Source: Coprobacillaceae bacterium
Lineage (GTDB): Bacteria; Bacillota_I; Bacilli_A; Erysipelotrichales; Coprobacillaceae
DNA: 32,000 nt
Assembly: GCA_963675915.1 (NCBI GenBank)
Contig: OY780959.1
Location: forward strand, 600,001-632,000
Direction of reading: 5' to 3'
The notes under the pieces are model-generated. The model ran no database searches, had not been told where the DNA came from, and saw only the letters and a program-made list of their open reading frames with translations. The first letter of the stretch is position 1. Each line of letters starts with the position of its first letter. Below, in pieces: positions 10,266-19,246 of the stretch. The translations under genes and the position numbers were made by a program.

Positions 10266-10395
10266 AACTCCGATAATGACAAACAAGAATATAAAGATTT
10301 ATTGATGAAAAGTGTCAAAAATGTAAAATCGAAAATGAAACGAGTCAAAGACAAATATTTGTCGGGTCAATTTAATGAGGCAAAGTATTTTAATG
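10266..10395 (+). pseudogene. Middle fragment of the large serine recombinase, between the IS3 and IS66 #2
   Basis: Reads NSDNDKQEYKDLLMKSVKNVKSKMKRVKDKYLSGQFNEAKYFN, which is like the C-terminal coiled-coil region of large serine recombinases. It continues in frame across the IS66 #2 TSD junction into 13160..13353. Confidence 0.65.
10388..10395. repeat. Target-site duplication TTTTAATG, left copy, IS66 #2
   Basis: Identical 8-mer at 13152..13159, abutting both IS ends. Confidence 0.9.
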
Positions 10396-10463
10396 GTATG
10401 CGTCAAATTGAGCGGTGGGAGAATATTCGAGGGTAAGTGAAAAGGAATCCGGGGGACAGTTTG

Positions 10464-12245
10464 TTACCGTCTTGGGATTCCTTTTTTGAGGCCCTTGATC
10501 TCCTTCGTGGTCAATTGACGCAGGTATGTTGGCAGTTCCTTATTGTAGGGTAGTAGTTTTCTAATTTCTTCTTCATCAGTAGGATCGATTCCCGGCAGCC
10601 TTTCCAGTACGTACTCCATGTACATGTACGGTGACAGCTTGTTTTCCTGGGCGCTTAACAGTATCGAATAGATTATCGCTGCGGCTTGCGCTCCTTTGGG
10701 GCTTGTATAGAATTTACATCGATTCCTTGATACGACAAACGGTCGTATAGCCCGTTCCGTGCTTGAATTGTCGAATGGAACTTTCGGGTTATTAAATACC
10801 TCGCTGAATTCCTTTTCGTGGTTCATCAGATATTTGATTGCCTTAAGCAAGGTTGGTTTCATATTAACTTCGGGCAACAGGATTATTTCTTTAAGGTACG
10901 CTAAAAACTTATCGTAGATTGGCTTTACGACATCATTTCGGCCCTTATGAATATATTGGAAATATTTATCCTGGTTCTTTGAGTATTTTCCCTTAGCAGC
11001 CTGTTCAATTTTGTTTTTTGCTTCGAATACTTTTTTGTAATAGCGATAGCAAGTGTATTCGTAACTTTGATTTTTATCGGTGCCTTTTGGCAGTACATCC
11101 AAGGCTTCCCGGAAATAGCGAAAGGCATGAACGTGGCAAAAACAGTTGGTGACATTATCAAGCGACTCGTAAGCACCATAGGCGTCTGTTACCAGATAGT
11201 GGGAGTAATCACCGATGAAGTCTTCAACAACCCGTTTTGAACGACTAGGATCATAACGGTACAAGATAATTGGTTCGTCATACTGATTGCTCCGTAGAAC
11301 CCAAAGATATGATTTGCTTTGCGCTGGTTTGCCGTCTTCCTTTAGAACCTGGGTGGTGGTTTCATCGCAGTGGATCACTTCCATGGACAACAAGTCTTTG
11401 TGCATGCACTCAAACAACAGGTTAAGATGAACCGATGCCTTGATCATCCAGTTGGCCATATTCTGTCTAGGGATGACGATGTCATTTTCAAGGAAACGTT
11501 TTTCCTGAGCAGCCAGTGGCAAACCCTTTAAATATTTCATGTCCATTATAGTTGCAATCAGTGATGGCGATGCAATGCTTCCCTTGATAACCGGTTGTCT
11601 TCCAGGAACTTTCTTGTACGATGATTTACCTTCCAAGTTGTGTTCCTGACAAGCAACACATTCGTATACCGGTGTACGGTAAATATTCAATTCAACTTTG
11701 GCGGGTGTATAGACAAGTTCTTTTCTTTCATCGTATTTTTTGATTGTCATAGTTGTACCACAAAGATCGCAAACGTCGAAACCATCAGGAGTTTCTTCTG
11801 TAATTATATTGGTTTTGAGATGGTCATAATTGATATGTTTTTCTTTGGGGATTCTAACTTTTCTTTTGTAACCTTTGATTTCCGTAGTTTCGAATTCTTC
11901 GGTTTCAGTAGCATTATCAAAATCAACACCGATTAGACTAAACAGATCAGGACCTTGGTTATATTCCTTAATATTGTTGCGTTGGGAGCTGTAGCGGGCG
12001 TTTTCCAATAATTTGATGTATTCGTTTTTCTGTTGTAGTTCAAGTTTGCGTTCTTTGATTTCAGCTGCCATTTTATCAATATCGGAAGTCAATTTCTTAT
12101 TATCGGCAGATAAATTCTTCTTTTCTTTAATAAGTTTTTCTTTTGAAATACGGTCGGATTCGATTTTGGCATAGAGTTCCTGTTCACGTTGTTTGAACGC
12201 TTCGATAAGTTCTTCTTTTGTCATATCTTCCATCAATTTGATCAC
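10464..12245 (-). CDS. tnpC: IS66-family transposase TnpC (593 aa)
   Basis: Coiled-coil N-terminus, Zn finger (CDLCGTTM…CVACQEH) and DDE core (HCDETTTQVL…, TDAYGAYE, CFCHVHAFRYF). Paralogous to the protein at 410..1981. Confidence 0.9.
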   Translation of the reverse strand: MIKLMEDMTKEELIEAFKQREQELYAKIESDRISKEKLIKEKKNLSADNKKLTSDIDKMAAEIKERKLELQQKNEYIKLLENARYSSQRNNIKEYNQGPDLFSLIGVDFDNATETEEFETTEIKGYKRKVRIPKEKHINYDHLKTNIITEETPDGFDVCDLCGTTMTIKKYDERKELVYTPAKVELNIYRTPVYECVACQEHNLEGKSSYKKVPGRQPVIKGSIASPSLIATIMDMKYLKGLPLAAQEKRFLENDIVIPRQNMANWMIKASVHLNLLFECMHKDLLSMEVIHCDETTTQVLKEDGKPAQSKSYLWVLRSNQYDEPIILYRYDPSRSKRVVEDFIGDYSHYLVTDAYGAYESLDNVTNCFCHVHAFRYFREALDVLPKGTDKNQSYEYTCYRYYKKVFEAKNKIEQAAKGKYSKNQDKYFQYIHKGRNDVVKPIYDKFLAYLKEIILLPEVNMKPTLLKAIKYLMNHEKEFSEVFNNPKVPFDNSSTERAIRPFVVSRNRCKFYTSPKGAQAAAIIYSILLSAQENKLSPYMYMEYVLERLPGIDPTDEEEIRKLLPYNKELPTYLRQLTTKEIKGLKKGIPRR

Positions 12246-12392
12246 TTGAATACACCTCTTTCCACTAGTGGCATTGTAGCATAAAAAGCCCTGAAAGTCT
12301 TGATTTCACGGCAATTTATAAAAGATGTGAATAACTTCAAAAGGCAAAAGATAAACCCACAAAAAAATGTGAATTAATCTTATGCGTAGGGG

Positions 12393-12752
12393 CTATATCA
12401 TTACTGAAATGTCCTTGAATGCCCTTTTCTGTTCAATTGCCAATCCATCAAGCAACCAACTCAACTGACGGATGTCAACAACCATTGAAGTGATATCTTC
12501 ATCACCCTTGGGCCAGAAGAACTTATCTTTATTAAGCAGCTTCTTGGAGTGGATGACAAATCCGTTCTTGTCGAACTCCAGCATCTTGATGCTTTTCTTG
12601 GATCTGTTGCAAAAGATGTACAGGTTATTGGCGGTGGGGTCAAGATACAGGCTGTGGGATACAATCGCGCTTAACCCGGCGTAGCTTTTCCTAAGATCAG
12701 TTGCCCCAGGAACCAAATAGATATTGTCGAAGTCTTCAAACCTAAGCTTCAT
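12393..12752 (-). CDS. tnpB: IS66 TnpB (119 aa)
   Basis: IYLVPGATDLRKSYAGLSAIV…YIFCNRSKKSIKMLEFDKNGFVIHSKKL matches the IS66 Orf2 pattern. Confidence 0.9.
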   Translation of the reverse strand: MKLRFEDFDNIYLVPGATDLRKSYAGLSAIVSHSLYLDPTANNLYIFCNRSKKSIKMLEFDKNGFVIHSKKLLNKDKFFWPKGDEDITSMVVDIRQLSWLLDGLAIEQKRAFKDISVMI

Positions 12753-13104
12753 TGATCATACCTATCAGTTTAGCCAGAGTTTCCAAGTCTGTCGAGTCGT
12801 CAACCGAAATAGTAGCCTTGCCAATATTGACATCGAACCCCTTGGAAACAACTTTACTGTTGCAATCAACAATATCCAGCCTGACAAGAGCTGTAGTAAA
12901 TCCAGAATCCTTAACTTCATCTCTTGAGCGATTCAAATATGGCTTAGAATACTTGTGGTAGCAAAAAGCATTGTACGAAACATCGTTAGCCAAACACCAT
13001 TTTTTAATGGTCAGATCACTATTGGCAGCCTCAGTAAATATCACCTGCCACTGATCATCAGAATAATTCAAATCATCACACCTCCAATTCGATGTGATAA
13101 TCAT
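12742..13104 (-). CDS. tnpA: IS66 TnpA (120 aa)
   Basis: First ORF inside the IS end; overlaps tnpB by 11 nt. Confidence 0.75.
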   Translation of the reverse strand: MIITSNWRCDDLNYSDDQWQVIFTEAANSDLTIKKWCLANDVSYNAFCYHKYSKPYLNRSRDEVKDSGFTTALVRLDIVDCNSKVVSKGFDVNIGKATISVDDSTDLETLAKLIGMINEA

Positions 13105-13151
13105 ACCATCAATGACCTCGACAACCTACCACCGCTCTATTTGACGCATAC

Positions 13152-13159
13152 TTTTAATG
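13152..13159. repeat. Target-site duplication TTTTAATG, right copy, IS66 #2
   Basis: Identical to 10388..10395. Confidence 0.9.
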
Positions 13160-13353
13160 TGATGACAATGCTTGAAGAGGAATTGTTTGAGATACAATAT
13201 AAATTGGTTGGCATTAATTTAAATATCAATAAGGACGAATACAAGAATTTGGTGTTAATGGCTGACAAAAAACAGTTTATCCAAATGCACATCAAATTAA
13301 TTATGATAAATCTAAACAACAAGAAAATATCGAAAATCGAATTTGTTGAATAG
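13160..13353 (+). pseudogene. C-terminal fragment of the large serine recombinase
   Basis: (V)MTMLEEELFEIQYKLVGINLN…KISKIEFVE*. It is in frame with 10266..10395 once IS66 #2 and one TSD copy are removed. The track ORF 12955..13353 is a chimera of IS antisense sequence plus this tail. Confidence 0.7.
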
Positions 13354-13387
13354 AGTATATTTTGTTATCTTTTGATGGCCGACTAAT

Positions 13388-13422
13388 GTAGCCAAGGGGG
13401 ATTCCCTTGGCTACATTTTTTT
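13388..13422 (+). terminator. Rho-independent terminator after the recombinase gene
   Basis: GTAGCCAAGGG-GGATT-CCCTTGGCTAC, an 11-bp GC-rich stem, followed by ATTTTTTT. Confidence 0.8.
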
Positions 13423-13434
13423 GTGCCGGGCATG

Positions 13435-13568
13435 GAATATAAATTGGTGGTGCAAGGCCACTAGTAATTATGGTTGACAAGAGACAGTTTATATTGACTC
13501 ATATTAAAATAATTTGTATAAATTTATATAATAAGAAGATTTCGAATATTGAATTGGTTGGGTTTTAA
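13435..13568 (+). pseudogene. Degenerate second copy of the recombinase 3' end
   Basis: AATATAAATTGGTGG…TTATGGTTGACAAGAGACAGTTTATATTGACTCATATTAAAATAATTTGTATAAATTTATATAATAAGAAGATTTCGAATATTGAATTGGTTGG aligns at roughly 70 percent by eye with 13195..13350. It contains several in-frame stops. Confidence 0.55.
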
Positions 13569-13799
13569 ACTTATTTAGATAATGAGTTATGGTTTTTATT
13601 ATCAACCGGAAAGATTTCCAGTTTATTTATGTAGGGAAATGTATTTTTCTGGAATGAGAGTATGAGCTCTACTCTGTGCCAAGTAGTATTTTCGAACATT
13701 AAAAGCAAATATTTTTGCTCATTAGCTATATAAAAACAGTTGTTTTATACGAAGTTAACATGTTTTATGTATAGTTATGAGAATATTGTTGCCCATGTG

Positions 13800-13828
13800 T
13801 TGAGATTCATGTGTAATTATGCCATAAT
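13800..13828 (+). promoter_or_regulatory. Candidate sigma-A promoter for the methyltransferase operon
   Basis: TTGAGA, a 17-nt spacer, then CATAAT, about 70 nt upstream of the ATG at 13897. Confidence 0.35.
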
Positions 13829-13896
13829 AATTTAGAATATGGTTATAACTAAGGGGATGAATTGATTGAAATTAAGTAAGAGAGGGGCTAGAACCA

Positions 13897-15024
13897 ATGG
13901 CAAATGAGAGATTATCAAATGCTAAAAACGCAAAAAAAGACGAATTTTATACACAATATGAAGACATTCAACGAGAGGTTAATGCATATTTGGAATATGA
14001 CCAAGAAGTATTCAAAGGGAAAACAGTGCTTTTACCTTGTGATGATCCCGAGTGGAGTGAATTTACAAGATTTTTTGCTCAAAATTTTGAAAGATTTGGG
14101 TTAAAAAAACTAATAAGTACAAGCTATGCAACAGAAAGTAAAAAGCTGAGAAATTATCAGCTGTCTTTATTTGAAGAACAGTCGCCTCAGTATGATAGTT
14201 CAAAAACAAAGACTAATGGAAAGATTTTTACTCTTACTCGCGATATAAACGAATCTGGAAATGTTGATATCGATGATTTGGAGTGGAATTATTTGGAGGG
14301 GGATGGTGACTTCAGAAGCAAGGAAGTAATTGAACTCAGAAATGAAGCTGACATAATTGTCACAAATCCTCCATTTTCACTTTTTAGGGAATTTATTGAG
14401 TGGATTTTTGAAGAAGACAAGAAATTTTTAGTTATCGGAAATCAAAATGCAATCACGTACAAAGATATTTTTTCTTTAATAAAAGACAATAAGTTATGGC
14501 TAGGTAATGGATTTAAAGGAAACATTGGTTATTTCAAATCTGTATATGAGGATATTGCAGTTGCATCTCAACATAAAGAAGGGTTTATTCGTATTTCAGG
14601 CGTAATGTGGTTTACAAATATCGAACACGGTAGAAGACATAGGCCCTTACAGCTTATGTCAATGAATGATAATTTAAAATATAGTAGACACAAACAAATT
14701 AAGGATAGTGGCTATATGAAATATGAGAATTATGATGCTATAGAGGTACCGTTTACGGATTCGATTCCATATGATTATTTAGGGATAATGGGAGTTCCAA
14801 TCACATTTATGAGTAAATATTGCCCGGAACAATTTGAAATATTAGGTATGTGTGAAAACCTTGATCTATACGGGTTAAAGACTCGAATATACAGTTCGCA
14901 GGAGTGTAGGCAAAGATATTTTGAGATTTTCGGAAGAAAAGGTACTTATGATTTGAATGCATCTGGAGTTATTAATGGAAAAAAGGTGTATCAGCGAATT
15001 TTAATTAGACGCAAGGAGATTTAG
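13897..15024 (+). CDS. N6-adenine DNA methyltransferase (EcoRI-methylase-like family, 375 aa)
   Basis: [10 protein letters not shown]…[10 protein letters not shown]…, then catalytic [14 protein letters not shown] (NPPF at 14365..14376). RBS AGAGGGG upstream. Confidence 0.85.
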   Translation: MANERLSNAKNAKKDEFYTQYEDIQREVNAYLEYDQEVFKGKTVLLPCDDPEWSEFTRFFAQNFERFGLKKLISTSYATESKKLRNYQLSLFEEQSPQYDSSKTKTNGKIFTLTRDINESGNVDIDDLEWNYLEGDGDFRSKEVIELRNEADIIVTNPPFSLFREFIEWIFEEDKKFLVIGNQNAITYKDIFSLIKDNKLWLGNGFKGNIGYFKSVYEDIAVASQHKEGFIRISGVMWFTNIEHGRRHRPLQLMSMNDNLKYSRHKQIKDSGYMKYENYDAIEVPFTDSIPYDYLGIMGVPITFMSKYCPEQFEILGMCENLDLYGLKTRIYSSQECRQRYFEIFGRKGTYDLNASGVINGKKVYQRILIRRKEI

Positions 15025-15026
15025 TA

Positions 15027-16190
15027 ATGAAAACAGTGTTAAGAACAGATATTTCAATTGAAGATATCTGTAAGGGTTTTGTTTATAATGAGTATGAAGG
15101 AAAAGGTCTTTTTGGGCTATCAGGAAAACTAACTATTCAACCAGAATACCAACGCAATTATATTTACGCAGATGGAAAAAAGGATGTTGCTGTCATTGAG
15201 TCAATACTCAAGGGATATCCTTTGGGCCTGATATACTTCACAAAAGTTGGTGAGGAAAAATATGAAGTACTTGATGGTCAGCAAAGGATCACTAGTTTTG
15301 GGAGATTTGTATCTGGTAAATTTGCAATAAAAAATGAAAACGGAATACCACAATATTTTAGTGGTTTAGCTGGGGACATGCGAGATCTAATAATGAAAAC
15401 CAAACTTACAATTTATGAATGTGAGGGTTCAGAAAGCGAAATTAAAGAATGGTTTAAGACAATCAATATTGTAGGAATACCTCTAAACGAACAGGAGCTG
15501 TCAAATGCTATTCATTCTGGACCTTTTGTGACACTGGCAAAAGAAGAATTTAGTAATAGCCAGAATGCAAATATTCAAAAATGGGGTTCTTATATTTCTG
15601 GTAATGTAATTAGGCAAGATTACTTGCGCACAGCAATTAAATGGGTTAGTAAAGATAACATTGATGCCTATATGAGCAAACATCGACATGACAATAATAT
15701 TGACGAATTAAGAGTATATTTCACTAGTGTTATCGATTGGATATCTAGTGTTTTTGTAGATGTTGAAGATACGATGAAAGGTTTAGAGTGGGGAAAATTA
15801 TATGAGGAGTATCATGGCAATTCTTATAATCAACAGACGGTCTCAAAAATGGTAAAAACATATTTGAAAGATTATTATGTCATTGATAAAAAAGGCATCT
15901 ATGAATTTATTCTTGGCGGTTGCAAAGATTCAAAACTTTTAAACATAAGAGTTTTTAATGAAGTGACGAAGAAAAATGCATATGAAACTCAGACAGAACA
16001 GGCTAAATTAAAAGGCGAATCAAATTGTCCTCTATGCGCCTTGGGAAAAAATAATAACAGTAAACGAATTTGGAAAATTAAAGAGATGGACGCTGATCAC
16101 GTAACTGCTTGGAGCAGAGGAGGTATAACAGACATTACAAATTGTGAGATGTTATGTAAAACACACAATCGTGCAAAGGGAAACAGATGA
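15027..16190 (+). CDS. DUF262 (GmrSD N-terminal / ParB-like) domain protein with a C-terminal HNH nuclease (387 aa)
   Basis: IQPEYQRNY…[10 protein letters not shown] (DGQQR at 15273..15287). C-terminal CPLC…[33 protein letters not shown] is an HNH motif. The start is 2 nt after the MTase stop, and its RBS AAGGAG lies inside the MTase 3' end. Confidence 0.85.
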   Translation: MKTVLRTDISIEDICKGFVYNEYEGKGLFGLSGKLTIQPEYQRNYIYADGKKDVAVIESILKGYPLGLIYFTKVGEEKYEVLDGQQRITSFGRFVSGKFAIKNENGIPQYFSGLAGDMRDLIMKTKLTIYECEGSESEIKEWFKTINIVGIPLNEQELSNAIHSGPFVTLAKEEFSNSQNANIQKWGSYISGNVIRQDYLRTAIKWVSKDNIDAYMSKHRHDNNIDELRVYFTSVIDWISSVFVDVEDTMKGLEWGKLYEEYHGNSYNQQTVSKMVKTYLKDYYVIDKKGIYEFILGGCKDSKLLNIRVFNEVTKKNAYETQTEQAKLKGESNCPLCALGKNNNSKRIWKIKEMDADHVTAWSRGGITDITNCEMLCKTHNRAKGNR

Positions 16191-16213
16191 TTTTAGAGGA
16201 TTGTATAGCTCTT

Positions 16214-16243
16214 TTGAATACTTACATTATTTCGGGATAATAT
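16214..16243 (+). promoter_or_regulatory. Possible internal promoter ahead of the helicase gene
   Basis: TTGAAT, an 18-nt spacer, then TAATAT, within the 112-nt gap. Confidence 0.3.
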
Positions 16244-16302
16244 CACTACATTAATTTGATTATACCGAATATTTTAATAAAGATTTTGTCAGGGGGTAAG
16301 AA

Positions 16303-19026
16303 ATGCCAAGTGAAACACAACTAAAAATTGATGGACAAATACGCAATATTGATAAAGTTATATGCCGCAACATTGATGGTATAGGAAATAGTACAAGAGG
16401 GGCGGTATCTCAAGATATTTTGGCACAATTAAGGAACTTCGTTGAACACATAATGCTTAAATTTTATGCTGACGGTCAAGATATAGAAGACAGTTATGAT
16501 AATATTTGTAGTGCAATTAATTTCGTGAAAATTAAAGGAGAATTAAAGGTGTTGTGGAGGTTTCATGATTATCTTCAAATTGTTGCATCTCATTTCACTC
16601 TTGATGAGGAAAATTCGGAACGATTAATGCTAAAATATTACGAGTACCTTTTAAGAATTAAAGGTTTGCTTAAGGAAAAATATGATATTGATGTCTTAGG
16701 TAATATTGAGAAATTTCCTGTAAAAAAAGATCCTAACTTGCAAGAATATTATAATAAGATAGCTAAAAAAATTCAATCTTATCAACTACAAAATGTAGAA
16801 TTGCCAAACAAATATTATATACAAAAAATCAAACCTTTTTTTGTAGGGCAAAATATATTTTATGAGGTCACATTTGCTCCGGCAAATGACTGCGCGAGTA
16901 AATTTAACCGGGCTATAGCTTTTACAAGTATAGATATATTAAAAAATTATTCAGTAAGGTTGAATATAGTAGAGGATAGTATTAAAATTTTTGGAAAAAG
17001 TATGCCAATTTTAGTTATTGTAGGATGGGAGGTTGCAATTAGAAATTGCGAGTATAAAAATTTTACAAGTTTAATCAGAGGTTACCCTGCTAGAACTAGA
17101 TATTCAGAACAAAAGGGAGTTTCAATGTTTTTGTCTCATACGGGGTTAACTTTGCTTGAGGTAGTTGATTTTCCGTGTGAAAATTTTCAAAGAGTCAGAA
17201 ATTGGGCAACACAACATACAAAAGATGTTGTGTTCTTTGATGATTTAGAAGTGTGTCGCCAAATATTGCAAAAAAATAGTCCAGGAAGTAACGTGATAAG
17301 ATATTTACTTTATTGTATGAATAATAAAGTGATAAAAAATCAATATCATCCCAGTGAAAACCATCTATTATCTGGACTTCATCTGAAAAATGGGTGTATA
17401 CCGTTTGATAAAATTCCTTTTAACGCTTCTCTCTTAGGACATAATCCTAAACTTATGGATTTATTTGGGTGTATTGAGACTCAAAATAGACAACATGAAT
17501 TACTGGCGAGATTGGTGAGAAACAATACAGAAATGGAAGGGATTTTATTTACACCTATCAAAGATATTAAGGGATTTGCTGATGTTTCGCATCTAGCGAT
17601 GTTATATAATTCTAAGCTGTGGTCCGGTCATGTTGAAAATAGCAAATTAGTTATAGAGAATGGTCATATTTTTATAAATGGTTATAAGAATGACACGAGT
17701 GTTATTATCGGCAAACTAAAAAAAATGGCTAAGAATGGTGTTCAAAATTATTCTAATTCAGTTTTAGAGTGGTTAAATACTCCAAATAATGGGGTTGATT
17801 GTGATGAGAAGAGAGAGGCTTTAGTTCATATGTTTGATAAATCCAGTGTCGCACTTGTATATGGTGCTGCCGGTACTGGAAAATCGACTTTTATTAATCA
17901 TGTAGCTCATTTTTTTTCAAATAAAAGAAAACTTTTTTTAGCTCAGACTCACCCGGCTGTCGATAATTTGAAACGTCGAGTTAATGCATCCAACTGTGAG
18001 TTTATGACGATTGCAAAATTCTTAAATAAACAAATACCTGTGACTAAATTTGATTTGATAGTGATAGATGAATGCAGTACTGTAAACAATAAGGATATGA
18101 AAAATGTCTTGGAAAAGGGCAAATGCCAACTTTTGGTTCTAGTTGGAGATTCGTATCAAATATCGTCAATACGTTTTGGCAATTGGTTCAGCATAGCGCC
18201 ATATTTTATCTCTAAAAATTCAGTTTTGAATTTGACTATGCCCTATAGAAGTAATAGTGAGAAATTACTTGTTTTGTGGAATAGAGTGCGTAAAATGGAT
18301 GATAGAATTTTAGAGATAATTACTCGCCAAGGATATTCATCAACGTTAGACGATTCTATTTTTGTTGCAAATGAGATAGACGAAATAATACTTTGTCTTA
18401 ATTATGATGGATTATATGGAATTAATAACATCAATCTTTTTTTGCAAGAAAACAATCCTAACACAGCTGTACATTGGGGAATACAGCAGTACAAGATGGG
18501 CGATCCAATTTTATTTAATGACGTTGAACGTTTTTCTCCAATAATTTATAACAATATGAAAGGTCGTATTAAAGACGTTAAGATAATCAAGAGTGAAAAC
18601 AATGCTGAACGTATACAATTTGATATTGAGTTAGATAAGGCAATAAATGGGATGGATGCATTTGGCCAGGATTTTGAGTTATTGGAAAGCGCAAGTAATG
18701 GTAATTCAATTATTAGATTTTATGTAAATAAAGACAAGAGTGTTGACGATGATGATTCTGGGTCCTCAATGTCTATAGTGCCTTTTCAAGTCGCTTATGC
18801 TGTATCTATTCATAAGGCCCAGGGGCTTGAATATAACTCTGTAAAAATAGTCATAACTAACGAAGTAGATGAATTAATTACTCACAATATATTTTATACG
18901 GCTATTACGCGTGCAAGAAATCACTTAAAGATTTACTGGACACCGGAAATTGAAAAGAGAATTTTAGGTAATATTGAACCTAAAAAAAATAATAAAGATG
19001 CTCATCTTTTGAGAAGATACTTATAG
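16303..19026 (+). CDS. 907-aa protein: unknown ~500-aa N-terminal region + RecD/Dda-like SF1 helicase
   Basis: Helicase motifs in order: GAAGTGKST (17863..), AQTHPAVDNL, LIVIDECS, LVLVGDSYQISSI, MPYRS, VSIHKAQGLEYNSV, FYTAITRARNHLKIY. RBS AGGGGG upstream. Confidence 0.85.
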   Translation: MPSETQLKIDGQIRNIDKVICRNIDGIGNSTRGAVSQDILAQLRNFVEHIMLKFYADGQDIEDSYDNICSAINFVKIKGELKVLWRFHDYLQIVASHFTLDEENSERLMLKYYEYLLRIKGLLKEKYDIDVLGNIEKFPVKKDPNLQEYYNKIAKKIQSYQLQNVELPNKYYIQKIKPFFVGQNIFYEVTFAPANDCASKFNRAIAFTSIDILKNYSVRLNIVEDSIKIFGKSMPILVIVGWEVAIRNCEYKNFTSLIRGYPARTRYSEQKGVSMFLSHTGLTLLEVVDFPCENFQRVRNWATQHTKDVVFFDDLEVCRQILQKNSPGSNVIRYLLYCMNNKVIKNQYHPSENHLLSGLHLKNGCIPFDKIPFNASLLGHNPKLMDLFGCIETQNRQHELLARLVRNNTEMEGILFTPIKDIKGFADVSHLAMLYNSKLWSGHVENSKLVIENGHIFINGYKNDTSVIIGKLKKMAKNGVQNYSNSVLEWLNTPNNGVDCDEKREALVHMFDKSSVALVYGAAGTGKSTFINHVAHFFSNKRKLFLAQTHPAVDNLKRRVNASNCEFMTIAKFLNKQIPVTKFDLIVIDECSTVNNKDMKNVLEKGKCQLLVLVGDSYQISSIRFGNWFSIAPYFISKNSVLNLTMPYRSNSEKLLVLWNRVRKMDDRILEIITRQGYSSTLDDSIFVANEIDEIILCLNYDGLYGINNINLFLQENNPNTAVHWGIQQYKMGDPILFNDVERFSPIIYNNMKGRIKDVKIIKSENNAERIQFDIELDKAINGMDAFGQDFELLESASNGNSIIRFYVNKDKSVDDDDSGSSMSIVPFQVAYAVSIHKAQGLEYNSVKIVITNEVDELITHNIFYTAITRARNHLKIYWTPEIEKRILGNIEPKKNNKDAHLLRRYL

Positions 19027-19187
19027 AAATATTAACATTTCTTCAATAATATTTGGTTTACCTTCTGAATTTTAATAAGTATATTGATTTGATAGACGAA
19101 AGTATCTTTGTAACTTATTACAGAGTAAAAAAATAAAATAAGTATACTATGTAGATCAGTTTAATATTTCCAAAAATACTTTAAAGG

Positions 19188-19195
19188 TGTATAAT
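19188..19195 (+). promoter_or_regulatory. Extended -10 element TGTATAAT ahead of the OLD-family gene
   Basis: TGnTATAAT match about 50 nt upstream of the ATG at 19247. The -35 is weak (TTTCCA at 17-nt spacing). Confidence 0.35.
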
Positions 19196-19246
19196 GTCAA
19201 CATAGAGTGTTGTAAAATGCTTATATTTAATATGAGGGGTAATAAA

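Larger units (their letters stand above)
10396..13151 (-). mobile_element. IS66-family insertion sequence #2 (2756 bp)
   Basis: IRs GTATGCGTCAAAT(T/A)GAGCGGTGG at both ends, with one mismatch in the left copy. It has tnpA-tnpB-tnpC on the minus strand and an 8-bp TSD. Confidence 0.93.

Noticed and set aside
12955-13353. The 132-aa plus-strand ORF as a real gene
   Set aside because: It is a chimera. The first ~65 codons are antisense to IS66 tnpA and the IS end, and the rest is the displaced C-terminus of the serine recombinase.
19187-19246. The GTG start at 19187 for the OLD-family gene
   Set aside because: No RBS is present there. The ATG at 19247 has GAGGGG 8 nt upstream, and the protein then begins with the usual MIKL…beta-strand preceding Walker A.
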